Position numbers and translations under genes: made by a program
Part shown: positions 1-11,723 of the stretch, one piece after another
How positions within the stretch are numbered: position 1 is the stretch's first letter
Layout of the letters: each line of letters opens with the position of its first letter
From: Saprolegnia diclina VS20
Lineage: Eukaryota
DNA: 64,000 nt
Reading direction: 5' to 3'
Assembly: GCF_000281045.1 (NCBI RefSeq)
Contig: NW_008246077.1
Location: 342,326 to 406,325, forward strand
The notes under the pieces: model-generated
The model's database searches: none
Seen by the model: only the letters and a program-made list of their open reading frames with translations
What the model was told of the DNA's origin: nothing

Positions 1-132
1 CAACACCCAGAAGCCATGTTCAGGAGCGAGTACGGTGACACGTACGACGTGGACCCCAACTTGCGCTTGGCTGCTTGCGAGTCGTACTGCGACTACCAGC
101 TCGTCCCAAACAAGAATGTCTCGCGCACGTAG
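1..132 (+). CDS. Possible 3' end of a gene entering the window (QHPEAMFRSEYGDTYDVDPNLRLAACESYCDYQLVPNKNVSRT*)
   Basis: Frame 1 is open from base 1 to TAG at 130-132 with coding-like composition, followed by AT-richer sequence. No family recognised. Confidence 0.35.
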   Translation, partial: QHPEAMFRSEYGDTYDVDPNLRLAACESYCDYQLVPNKNVSRT

Positions 133-324
133 ATTCAGAGGAGAATTTGATATGTAGAGAAATCGATGGATTTTACATCGCAGACTGGTCCTGTCGTATG
201 GTGGAGTGCGTGGCCACCACATCGCATTCCGGACACCACGCAGGGTACCACACGTATTGCGTCATACGAGGACTAGGATCTTACAGCATAGTACTCCACT
301 CTATATATGAACGCTATATATATG

Positions 325-691
325 AACGTGTTTCGCGTTTTCTTCATAATTACACAAAGACTTCGCATACGTAGAGACTAGCAATCTCCTTCTTCTTCAT
401 TCGCTGGCCGGTCCGTGGCTGCGCAGGCGCGGGGGCTCGTCTGGCTCTTCTGTCGTCGCCCTACGACGCTTGTGGCCGCGGATGAGGCACTGGACGACAC
501 GGTCGGTCAAATCTTTCCAGGCGTCGCGGTCGGCGGCAAAGCTACGCAGTGTGTCATGGTCCTCGGAAGACGCCAGCGACTGAGGCGGCGTCAGCGACTG
601 GAGGTCGCGGTGCAGGACGATCGGCAGCTCCACTAGATTTGCCTCTATGGGGTCAACAGCTCCTCCTCCCCACGTCTGTGGAGGAGTAGCT
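325..691 (-). mobile_element. 3' remnant of a non-LTR (RTE-like LINE) retrotransposon, cut off by the gap
   Basis: Minus frame reads LPIVLHRDL...LRSFAADRDAWKDL, resembling the A-x-DR-xx-W C-terminal motif of RTE-clade ORFs. Stop is followed by a GAA run. 325-550 is homologous to 62220-62440 in the opposite orientation. Confidence 0.55.
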
Positions 692-1363
692 NNNNNNNNN
701 NNNNNNNNNNNNNNNNNNNNNNNNNNNNNNNNNNNNNNNNNNNNNNNNNNNNNNNNNNNNNNNNNNNNNNNNNNNNNNNNNNNNNNNNNNNNNNNNNNNN
801 NNNNNNNNNNNNNNNNNNNNNNNNNNNNNNNNNNNNNNNNNNNNNNNNNNNNNNNNNNNNNNNNNNNNNNNNNNNNNNNNNNNNNNNNNNNNNNNNNNNN
901 NNNNNNNNNNNNNNNNNNNNNNNNNNNNNNNNNNNNNNNNNNNNNNNNNNNNNNNNNNNNNNNNNNNNNNNNNNNNNNNNNNNNNNNNNNNNNNNNNNNN
1001 NNNNNNNNNNNNNNNNNNNNNNNNNNNNNNNNNNNNNNNNNNNNNNNNNNNNNNNNNNNNNNNNNNNNNNNNNNNNNNNNNNNNNNNNNNNNNNNNNNNN
1101 NNNNNNNNNNNNNNNNNNNNNNNNNNNNNNNNNNNNNNNNNNNNNNNNNNNNNNNNNNNNNNNNNNNNNNNNNNNNNNNNNNNNNNNNNNNNNNNNNNNN
1201 NNNNNNNNNNNNNNNNNNNNNNNNNNNNNNNNNNNNNNNNNNNNNNNNNNNNNNNNNNNNNNNNNNNNNNNNNNNNNNNNNNNNNNNNNNNNNNNNNNNN
1301 NNNNNNNNNNNNNNNNNNNNNNNNNNNNNNNNNNNNNNNNNNNNNNNNNNNNNNNNNNNNNNN
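692..1363. other. Assembly gap (N run)
   Basis: Continuous Ns; ORFs spanning it are artefacts. Confidence 0.99.
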
Positions 1364-1671
1364 TCTCCACGTCTGCATGCGGCGGCGATTGCATAGAGTC
1401 GTGTCTGGTCACGGACAATCAAGTTGCTCGTGGCATTGATGCTGGCCAAGACCGATGGCTGCAGTGGCATGGCGCGTGCCCATGTTTCCTTGATTCTTGG
1501 TCGAAATCCTCGCGTGCGATACCTCTGTGCCAGATCAGCTTACCACACCTCATCGCTGGCACCAATTGGCTTGTTTGATTGGCAAACGATATATGTTGAT
1601 ATATACTCCACGACACAAGTGTATAGTCAAAATAACCTGTCTCAAGCACCGGACTAAGCATGACGTGGACC

Positions 1672-3648
1672 TTAGCTCACGCACGAGCCTTTGGTTGGTC
1701 GATATGATGTCGTTTTGCTCAGCGTCGTATTTGGTGGCGCCGGCTTGTATTGGTAGTTGTCGATCCACGCCACGACGCGCAGCGGTATAAGAGCGTGGGG
1801 CAACATCGATGGCACAAGATCGTAGACCGAAATGATGCTAATTGCACTGTTGACCGCTTGGACGCTCGCGTCGCGCGCACTGCCAGGCGTGTCCTTGGCA
1901 ACTACAGCAATTTTATAGGTCACGGGTGCTTCCTTGACCATCGCGTGCCCGAGGAGCGCAATCGTGCTTGGTTTGGCGAAGATCTTGGCGCCATATTTGA
2001 TGCAGTCGTCTTCGTACAAGGGCAGCCCCGTCACATACGATGGCATGAACTGGGTTGCCAAGTATTCGTTTCGTGCAAAGTAGCGCATATCCAAAAGAAG
2101 ACGGCGTTTCCGTAGCATCGGCACCAAAATACTGATCCCCAGCGACCCGAAGAGGCACGCGAGCACCGTCGACTGCAAGAGCGATGCGGCTGTCTGCACC
2201 TCCAACGATGCAAACGCGCCAAGCGCTAACGCCTCGGATCGATTGCCAATGTTGGGCATGTACACAGCTACATCCGACGCAACCGGGCGGCGCCACAACG
2301 GATTCTGGAGTGTCGCCGCCACGTCCTGGTATCCACAGCTGACAATGACACTCGAGAACAGCGTCCCAAGCATCAAAAGGGGCGACAAAATTCGAATCGC
2401 GCGGCCGCGACAGCACGGCGGAGTGGGCATCCGCTGGAGAACGAGGATGCAGCAGTAGATGGCAAAGACAGGGAGGCCACTCATCATGAGAACGGCAATG
2501 CAGTGCACGTTGAAGCGACCCGTCGTGTCCAAGTAGAGTCGCGTGACCTCGACATACGCAAGCGACGGAAGACGCACAAGCACCAGCAGCACCAGCGCGA
2601 GTCTTCGGCGCTCCAAGCCCGAGACAAAGTCAAACGTGAGCGCGGGATGGCGGTGCAACACGCCGTTCCAGCCAACAAGCGTGAGAAAAAAGTCGCCGTT
2701 GACCAAGTGCAAAATGGTCGGTACAAGAATGGCTTGGAGAATCGAAATCTCGAAGCTGCGCGCCACGGTATGCGAGCACGTCCAACCCACTTGCAGCGTT
2801 TTAGAAGAGGCCACGCCGGTAAACACTGGCTTCAGCGATGCTGATGTAGTATCGACGAGGACTTCAGCTACACAGCGATAGGTAAATTCATATCGTGGCC
2901 CGAGGGGGTGCGACACAAACGGCCACGTCGAGTGGTTGAAGTTCGAGCGCGACGCTGTCTGACCATCGGGGGTGAAAAGCGTTTTGGTGACACTACCGGC
3001 CACCCTTGTCATGGCGCCCGACGAGTCGATGCGGGTTTCGATGGCGCTGTCTGCGCTGTCCATGTAGCTCGAGAGTAAGAAGACGGGCGTTGAATTGTTC
3101 ATCGCTGTCTCGAGGAGGGCAAGCCCGAGGACGGGCGATGCCACGGACGACGGAACGCACACAACGGGCGGCGCCGATTGCAAAGAAAAAAGCAGCAAAA
3201 TCGCACCAAACCCGGCGTTCGCGCCCATGACGCAGGTCGTGACGTGCATGGGCGTCGATGGCAGTTGTTGCACGAGTGTCTGTGCAATGCTGTGCATGGC
3301 ACCGGTGATGGCTCGTGTTTGAGTACACGTCATTGCGTCAAAGCCGGCAGTAGTGAGAACGCAGTTGGCTTCGAGAAGCGACCAGTCGCGCGCAAAGGCT
3401 GGCAGCGAAGTGGTTAACTGTCGCTTCCAGAGGCCCGTCAAGTAGAGAACGCCGATCGACGAGACAAAGAGTACTACGAGTAGAAACTCGGACGAGTTGA
3501 GCACGAGGCGGAGCAAGACCGTGCGTGGCGGCACTGTTGCGCTGCGCTCGATCGACTGCGCTTTCTCCGACTTGTCGGCCGAGTAGGTGCTGGAGCGGCG
3601 GGTGCGAACTCGGAGCAACATCGACGTCATGAGGCGCTGCAGCACCAT
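1672..3648 (-). CDS. Multi-pass transmembrane protein of unknown function, intronless; paralog of 63447-64000
   Basis: Long ORF, first ATG at 3648. One N-terminal TM segment, a Cys-containing luminal region, then several hydrophobic helices. C-terminus (YRPTKGSCVS) nearly identical to the ORF at the window end. Confidence 0.85.
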   Translation of the reverse strand: MVLQRLMTSMLLRVRTRRSSTYSADKSEKAQSIERSATVPPRTVLLRLVLNSSEFLLVVLFVSSIGVLYLTGLWKRQLTTSLPAFARDWSLLEANCVLTTAGFDAMTCTQTRAITGAMHSIAQTLVQQLPSTPMHVTTCVMGANAGFGAILLLFSLQSAPPVVCVPSSVASPVLGLALLETAMNNSTPVFLLSSYMDSADSAIETRIDSSGAMTRVAGSVTKTLFTPDGQTASRSNFNHSTWPFVSHPLGPRYEFTYRCVAEVLVDTTSASLKPVFTGVASSKTLQVGWTCSHTVARSFEISILQAILVPTILHLVNGDFFLTLVGWNGVLHRHPALTFDFVSGLERRRLALVLLVLVRLPSLAYVEVTRLYLDTTGRFNVHCIAVLMMSGLPVFAIYCCILVLQRMPTPPCCRGRAIRILSPLLMLGTLFSSVIVSCGYQDVAATLQNPLWRRPVASDVAVYMPNIGNRSEALALGAFASLEVQTAASLLQSTVLACLFGSLGISILVPMLRKRRLLLDMRYFARNEYLATQFMPSYVTGLPLYEDDCIKYGAKIFAKPSTIALLGHAMVKEAPVTYKIAVVAKDTPGSARDASVQAVNSAISIISVYDLVPSMLPHALIPLRVVAWIDNYQYKPAPPNTTLSKTTSYRPTKGSCVS

Positions 3649-3926
3649 ACTTTGTCTAGCAAGGGTTGTGAAACGGCGGCTAAATACAACTAGACCAAAA
3701 GGTGCTGTCAAAAGACGCCCTTTAGAGGGTTTGTAGGACCCGTTTGTTCGCAGCTACGTCGAATGAACTCACGAGCGAAGCATCCTGCAATGTAGCGTCA
3801 CTTCGCAAGACGGCATTCCTCTTCAAGTTGATTTAAAACTCAAAACCAACTCGACGCCGCCCAGTGCCAGACGTCTTGTCGTGTCCATAGTAAGAAATAC
3901 CGATTTCATTTTCAGGATTGACGATA

Positions 3927-5520
3927 CTAGATTGTGCTTGGTGGTCGTGTTTCTTCCGAGACGTCAACTCGGACGTGAACGCTGTACGCAAGACGATCTA
4001 GAGCCTCCTCGAGAGTCTTCATATGTGCTGTTGGACGGGCGAGCGACGGTGGTGCTGTGCTCAATGGCAGCTCGCTCATCTTGGACGTCAGTAGCTCCTG
4101 GAGCGCTCTTAGCTCCGAGATTACGTGCACCTCGTCTGACGGGGGCGGTAGTGGGACCTTCGGGCCTTTTCGCTCGTGGGCCGACAGTAAGGCTTCGCGC
4201 AACGTGCAGAGCTTTTGCCACCGCTGGCGCCATGCGTTCGAGTCGCAGGACGACTCAACATCGGCTTGAACCAGCGCTGGGAGAACGTACTCGAGCTACA
4301 TGCACTTTAGATGTTGCTGCGAACACCAACATAACATATACCGCCAGAGAGAGAAACCGACACCGCGGCGGGTTCACGTGTTCGTAGAGTCGAGCCGCCA
4401 CAAGACCAAGACCCGCATGAAAGGCGGCGAAACTACACTCGCCGCGTGGTCACTACACAGCATACTGGGGCGTGTGGAGTACCTGACCGAGTGGGACGAC
4501 GTGCCCGTGTCGCTGCTCTGCGCGCACTACCAGCCTCATGTTTAAAGGAACGCGTCTGTGAACTCGTGTTGCTACCCTCATTTGACGAAAGATGATGTCC
4601 ACGTCGACAGTGGAGAGGTGGCGTGGATTGCCCGCCTAACGTTTGGTTTGCAAATGCAGCTGACCAGATAGAAACCCTAACCTCGCAGAGTCCGAGATCG
4701 CGCAAGCAATGCACAAACGAGAGGTTGCTCATGCTAGAGTGACCTCGTGTGCAATAGAGTTGGAAGAGGCGCTAGCCATTTCTCTGGATCGTGTAACCAA
4801 GTGGATAGCTTGTACCTCGAGCTCCGGTGCGAGCTGTTCGACGTGGGCCAGTAGGTCCATATCTTCGGTGAACGAAACAGCCTCGTTTGTCGGGACTGCG
4901 TCGCGCTGCTTCTTGGCGTCGCAGAGACATTGTCCATTGTTCTACGTCAAAATACACAATGCGCCAAATCAAACAAAATGCAAAAAATACTTTAAACACG
5001 GCGCTGTTCTCGTCCATCCAGAGCAAAAGCAATCGGACCTTGTCGTTGTCGTCAGGATACTGGCCGTCCCACTCCTAAGATAAGAGATCACCTGGTGTTC
5101 GGGCTGTAGCAGAGACTTCGTACCGGCCCGGAGAAAATTAGCTGCGCCGCCTTCCCTAGCGCTGATAGAAATCCAACGTAGTCCATCTCGTTCTTCTGAT
5201 TGCTGCGGCCGCGGGGTGTGTAGAGGCGCAACACTTGTGGCCGCGAGACCAAGTCCTATATCCAGTCATTAGACCACGCGTAGATAAATGTCGTGATACA
5301 GGGCAGATGCGGTAGCGTTGCAGGAGCTGGAGAAAGCCCTGGACGCTCAGCCGGTGCCCGGCACGTTGGGCGTAGTGACGCGGCTGCGTCCGCGGGTTCA
5401 CGCGCACTGTGCCGACGCCAATTGCATCCAGGAAGATGACCTGCAGCGCAACCGCGTACTCGTCCAGCACGTCGGCCATTTCGCTCAAGCGTCGCGGCGG
5501 TTGCACTTGCCTTTGAGATA
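3927..5520 (-). CDS. Multi-exon protein with tandem p25alpha(TPPP)/EF-hand-like helical repeats; 5' end unresolved
   Basis: Manual GT-AG splicing joins about 9 small exons in frame: ...FLQLLQRYRICP|DLVSRPQVLRLY...MDYVGFLSALGKAA...|...RLFQLYCTRGHSSMSNLSFVHCLRDLGLCE|AGNPRHLSTVDVDIIFRQMR|...VS|FAAFHAGLGLVAARLY...|LEYVLPAL...*. DVDIIF and F-xx-F-xx-L-xx-VA-x-R-x-Y resemble p25alpha motifs. Confidence 0.68.
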
Positions 5521-6020
5521 TGGTATCAATATTTCGAGTTGACCGCGCGTTGATTGGCTGTCTCACTCAAACAGTTGCGAGCATCACGAGCAAGGCAACG
5601 TCCGCTTGGCCCTGTGCACACGCAACACATTCAAAATTGGAAATTTATCTGATGTCCCAGTGTTCGCCCAGCCTCGAAAGCGCAGTACAACTGCGTGACT
5701 TCTTGTCATGAGCAGAGTTGGAGGCTTATTTCGACCTTTCTGTGACGATTGGACGCACCAGCCATAAAGTTCTCAGCGTAGAATAACCACATTATCGTCG
5801 ATTGCATCTTTCTCAATTGCCCTAGGTACATGTATGTCCATCTTGGATGTGGGAGAGCAGCTTTGTTCGTTTCGTTTGTTGCCTATCAAGCTCATGACGT
5901 GGCAGTCTCAGGGGTACGTTTCACAATCATAAAAATACGCATCGCTAAAAATACGCCACACGGGCGCACCCTGCTTGACCAGGTCGAAAACCGATTGCAA
6001 CGTCACAAGCAGCTCGTAGA

Positions 6021-9000
6021 ATGCCCAGCGTCACGGCGTCGCAGCGCTTCCAGAACGCGGGTCCGACGTCGCTCTCGCAGTGGCACTCGGTGCAGAACGC
6101 GTCGGCGTCCAGCGTGAATGCGTCGAGCATCGTGCTCTCGTTGCGCAAGCGCCTCGAGGCCAACGGCGGCGTCTACGGCTTCACGTCCTTTCTGAGTACA
6201 ATGAAGCAGTTTGGCGGGAGCACTCAAACGCTCTCGAAACCGCAGCTCAAGAAACTCTGCGCGGCCCACAATATTGCGATCTCAGACATTGTACGACAGA
6301 CCCCGAGATGCATATCTCATCATGAACGCATTAGGAGGTGCGATCCCTCGTTCTCTATGTCGGTGACGACGACAACACGGCCGTGGCCTGTGCGGCACTG
6401 CGCGATCTACTTCTGGTACTGCCTCCACACCGCATGAAAGCTCATCAAACATAAATCAGGGAAAACTCGACGGGCCGCGCCTCGACCTCGTCACCAGCGC
6501 CTTTCAGCGCCTCGACAGCCGCGATAGAGGCTATGTCGCAGTCGAAGACGTCCTTCGATCGCACGATGCCGGAATGCACCCGTCGCTTCTCTTTTCAAAA
6601 ACCGCCAGCGCCAGCCAAGTGCAAAGTGACTTCACCAAAGCATTCACAATCCTCTGCCCGCTTTGCACGCTTGTGAGTCTAGCGCAATGGACCGAGTTCT
6701 TTCAATGCGTGAGCGCAACCATCGAGAAGAACGACTTTTTCGAGCTGCTCCTCACACGCGTCTGGCACGTCTTGCCGCCGAGCAACAACAGCAGCTTAAG
6801 CGAGATGGCCCGTGCGCAACCTGCCTCGACGACAGCAAACACACTCCTCTCGGACCTCTCGTCACGCAACCTCTTGTCGACCGCGATGGACTTTAGCTCC
6901 AAATCCAAGACCTTCAACTACAATGGTGACGCGTCACTGGAAGCCACGAACAACAACAACAACTATGGCAACAACAACAATATCAACAACATGGGCGCGT
7001 ACCAATCAACGTCGAGCATTGACGTCTCAGCGGGCAAGGTCTCGCGCATGACGTCGCGCAACGCCACGCTCAATAGCGTGCAGACCGCTGCGTGCATGGC
7101 CCACGCGACGTCGGACCGCAACGGCCTCTTGCCCAAGCCCAAGGACATTAGCATCGGCACCAAGATGATTCTCGGGCGTCTCCGTGCGTCGCTCAAAGCT
7201 CGGGGCGCCTCGGGCATTGTCGGACTCTCGCGCAAATTTCGGCTCATGGACGAAGACGGCAACGGGTCCATCGATTTGGCCGAGTTCAAACGCGCCATGC
7301 GTGACAGCGACGTCGACTGCAGCGACGCCGACTTGCGGCTGCTCTTTGATGCCTTTGACGCCGATGACAGTCAGTCGATCGAGTTCAAGGAGTTTCTCAA
7401 TGGCGTTCGTGAGCCCATGAACGCACGTCGCCTCGGGCTCGTGCACGCGGCGTTTCAAAAAGTACGTATTTTCCATTTGCGATAGTGGAGGCTAAGAAAT
7501 GATTGTTTAGCTCGATAAGAACGGCGACGGGGTCGTGGACCCGTCCGACATTGTCGGCACGTACGACGCGAGCAAGCACCCGGATGTGATCGCAGGCAAG
7601 CGCACCCAAGACGACATCTTTCGCGAGTTCCTCGACACATTTGACGTCGACGTCAAGGACGGCAAGGTCTCGCGCGACGAGTGGGAGCACTACTACCACA
7701 ACATCAGCGCGTGCATCGAGAGCGACGACTACTTTGAGCTCATGATGCGCAACGCATGGCAGCTCAGCGGCGGTGTGGGCTGGGCTGCGAGCTCGTTCGA
7801 GCAAAACGGATCGCGTGGCTGGCGGCCCGACGTCGAATCCAGTCAGGCGCCGCCCCCACCACTACCGCTTCGGCGGTACGGCAATGCCAGCGCGGGTGCC
7901 ACGTCGTGCCTCAACGTCGAGGCGCCATCGGCGCTGAAAAGCACGACGCCCGTCGACCTCCAGCACCCGCGTGAGCTCCGGCGCATTGTGAAGCGGCTCA
8001 AGACGACGCTCAAATCACGGGGTGCGCGCGGCTTTACGGGCTTGAGCCGGTCGTTTCGAATCATGGACACGAACGGGTCGGGCACGCTCGACATGCAAGA
8101 GTTCCGCGCGGCGCTGGACCACTTGAGTGTGCACTTGAGCGCCAATGACGTGGTGACGCTCTTTGACTACTTTGACGCGGACGGCAGCGGCAGCATTAGC
8201 TTGACCGAGTTTTGCCGCGGCGTGCGCGACCCGATGAACGAGCGGCGCATGGTGTTTGTCCGCATGGCGTTTGACCTTATGGACGTCGACAAGAACCACG
8301 TGATTACGGTCGAAGACGTCGTCCAGCGCTACGACGCCAAGAAGAACCCCGAGGTCATTGCCGGTCGCAAGACCGAGCGCGACGTGTACACTGAGTTTTT
8401 GGAAACGTTCGAGGCGTCGTCACGTGTCCACGACGGCCGCGTCACGCTCGACGAGTGGACCGAGTACTATGCCAACATCAGCGCGTCGATCGACGACGAC
8501 GACTACTTTGAGTTGATGATGCGCAACGCGTGGCACATTTCGGGCGGGGTTGGGTGGTGCGCCAACTCGACCAACCGCCGCGTGCTAATCAACGACAATC
8601 AAGTCGTCGAGGTTGAAAACGACCTTGGACTCCACGACACTGCCGCCATTCACGCCCAGCTCGAGAAGAAGCTCGGAGCGAAAGCCAAGCTCTCGTTCTA
8701 CGACGTTCTCGACCACTCGGTGCGCCCCGTCGAGCGCACCACGCGTCTCCGCAGCCAAAACAACACGAGCAGCGGCGCCGCCAATTGCCTCTCCATGGGC
8801 CATGCAAGCGACATGCCGTCCAAAGCCTCGTCGACCAAGCCAAGCGTCAATGCCAGCATGGCGCCTGTCGGTGTCCAGCCCATATTGAGCCGGCTCAAAG
8901 AGCACCTCAAACTCCGGCCGTCGAACGGCTACATCTCGTTGCACCGCGCTTTTCGCCGCATGGACACGGACGGTGACGGTCATCTGAGCATGCTAGCGTT

Positions 9001-10357
9001 CAAGCGAGCGTTGGCCAACTTTGAGATTTCAGAAGTCGACGCCCGCATTCTTTTCCACTACTTTGATGTGGACCACAGCGGGTCGGTCGAAGTGGCCGAA
9101 TTCATCACGGGGCTCCGCGACCCGATGAACGAGCGCCGTCTTCGGTTCGTGCGCACTGCGTTCTCGCTCATGGACAAGGATGGGAATGGCCTCCTTGAGC
9201 CGGCCGACATTGTCGAGGCGTACGACGCGAGCAAGCATCCGGACGTCATTGCCGGTCGCAAGACACCAGACATGGTGTTTCGCGAATTTCTCGATACGTT
9301 TGACGTCGACGGCATGCACAACGCAGTGATTACGCCGCTCATGTGGGAGCACTACTACGCCAACATTAGCGCCGTCATCGACGACGACGACTACTTTGAG
9401 CTCATGATGCGCAACGCGTGGCATATTTCCGGGGGTGTCGGGTGGTGCGCCAACTCGACCAACCGCCGCGTGCTTGTCAACGACACGGAAGTCGTCGAGC
9501 TGCAAAACGACCTCGGGCTCACGAGCGGCAACTTGCGGGCGCGCCTCGACCAGCAATTGCAGTCCAATATGAACTTGCCGGGTACGATCAAGACGCTCAA
9601 TTCAGTCAACGTCACGGCGTGCCTCAACCATGTGGACGCGCTGCCACCAACGAAATCGGCGAGAACGAGCCCACCCAAGCGCATCTCGCTTCAAACCATG
9701 ACGTCGACGCCAGCAAACACGACGCCAAATGCCTCTCGTGAGCTGTCACCTGACACGATCGATGGGCTTTGGGGCGCACTGCGCCATGGGCTGCGTCGTC
9801 AAGGCAAACTCGTGATTGTGCAAACGCGCCGCGCTGTGCAGAGCGCGGGTAAGTCGATGACGCCGGACCAGCTCCAAAGCGCCCTCGCGGCCGCATCGCT
9901 TCCTGTGGCGCTACCCATTGTGCACGCGCTCATTTCGGACCTTCGGTCGCGCAATGGCAAGCACAACAAGTGGGACGCGGGCGATGTCGCGACACCAAAA
10001 GCCCCGACGGCAGCTGTCTGGAACCAGTTGAGTCCCCCGGTGGACGGCAGCGTCTTGCGCATGGCCAAGCGCATCTTTGCGCAGCTTCAAGTCGACGGGA
10101 AGGGCGATGTGACGCCGCTCCTGCTTGCGCGAGCGTACGACGCACCAAGCCACCCGGACGTGGTCTTGGGCTTGGCGAAGGCCGACGACAAGTTTAAAGA
10201 GTTTGCTGCGTGCTTTGACGTGGATGCGACGGGCCACATTTCGTTCCAGAGCATTGAGACGTACTGCAGCGACCTCCTCGCACACGTTGGTGACGCCGCC
10301 CACTGCCTCCAGATCCTCCGCGACTCGTTCCATGTCGATATTCCGCCGTCTTTGTAG
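6021..10357 (+). CDS. Calcyphosin-like multi-EF-hand calcium-binding protein (4 exons)
   Basis: Introns 6291-6334, 6416-6459 and 7462-7510 keep the frame. Repeated units with EF loops (DEDGNGSIDLAE, DTNGSGTLDMQE, DKDGNGLLEPAD) and the calcyphosin signature YDASKHPDV...DDYFELMMRNAW: three intact units plus degenerate N- and C-terminal units. Confidence 0.92.
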
Positions 10358-10394
10358 ATTCCATTCGATTTGCATCCGTAATCGCGCGAAAAAA

Positions 10395-11600
10395 CTAGTT
10401 TGAATGATGGCGACCTACGCACTCAGTTCTGTGTGCCACAACGATCCCCGAAACCGGCTTGTCTCGGTTGTCTGCTCGATGGCGTCGAGCGGATTTTTGA
10501 GCCCAAAGCTCGACGTGCTTCAAGTTGCACTCCACGCTCCAACGACAGACCGTTACTAATGACGTGGCACGCTCAGCGCTCAACTACATGCTGCGCACAG
10601 CCTCGTAGCGGGCCTCCACATGTCGATGGCACGCCGCCATGTCAATGTCATTGTGTGTGGCCGCAAAGTGCATGGTGCGGATTATGAATTGGCCACGCTT
10701 GACGAAGGGCGCGATGGCGCTCGACGACGCAATGAACGCGACGCTGCAACAGCTCGTCGACGACAAAGTACTCGTCGGCGACACGCGGGCCGATGTCGCC
10801 CGCCTCTATGCGTTTAGTCCAGGCTACGCGTGCATGGCGCCAACCAACCAGGACACGCCGTCGATGTTTCTCGCACATGGTCTCGCCAAGCGCTATACGC
10901 CCAAGGGCGTCGACCAGTTTGCAAAGTATGGCGCGCACGTGCTGCAGCAACGCACACGCCCGTACAACGTTGTAGCGTACTCAAACGCGCGTCTCTTTCC
11001 CGAATGGCAGTTTGACTACGCATGACGACTTCTGTGTCCTTTGCGTTGATGTGTCGTTTCGTGACGTTCTTCCTTTCCGATCCGCCATGTTGAAGTTGCA
11101 GGTCTCGAGCGGAGCGTGCCACGTCATCTGTAACGGCAGGCAAGACGATTATCTCCTCGACTATTTAGACTGTCGGGGCAAGAAGACTCAAGGAACTTCG
11201 AAAGAATGATCGTGTGACGCATTGCATTTCGGCGCCAACGAGCTCGGCAAGCATCCTTGACCAAGGACGAGCGCGGACGACCTTTTCTCGAGAGCTCTGC
11301 GAAGCCATACCATTGCTCAAGGGCACGCCCAACGACATTCTGCCCGCGGTACTCAGCGGCCGTGTAGTCGGCAAGGAAGTAAACCAGACACTAATATTCC
11401 CAAACCAACCTAAACATGCTCTTTGCCACGAATCTAAATTGAAATGACGTGAAACACACCAATGTGGTGGTTTCCTCGGTCGCTTCGTTTCGGCCAATTG
11501 AATATTCCCGTGAACACGAGCGTTTCACAGTGGATCCCTGCGCGGCGATTGGTTCCCGGTTCACAAGAATTCGCATACATAAGTTCATGTACCCTCCAAG
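10395..11600 (-). CDS. Putative multi-exon hypothetical gene or decayed gene; strand and model uncertain
   Basis: Minus-strand exon-like pieces with splice sites (CLVYFLADYTAAEYRGQNVVGRALEQW|MLAELVGAEMQ; HVRAILCKLVDALGRIALGE). The plus ORF 10639-11025 is an alternative. No complete model could be built. Confidence 0.3.
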
Positions 11601-11723
11601 TAGCCACATGCCGTCGCGTGGCGATCATCAACTCTACTTTTCTAAGCGAAATATCCCAAATCCTCGGAACCTGCCTCGAGCCTCGAGGATTACCACAGTC
11701 GCGATCAATCGAGTACCAGCAGC

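Noticed and set aside
397..1470. Long ORFs across the N run
   Set aside because: They are open only because Ns contain no stops.
4300..4545. Chromodomain-like ILGRVEYLTEW on the plus strand
   Set aside because: It is the antisense shadow of introns and exons of the minus-strand p25alpha-like gene.
4734..4937. Transposase HTH-like KLSTWLHDPEKW
   Set aside because: The segment falls in an intron and an off-frame reading of the same spliced gene.
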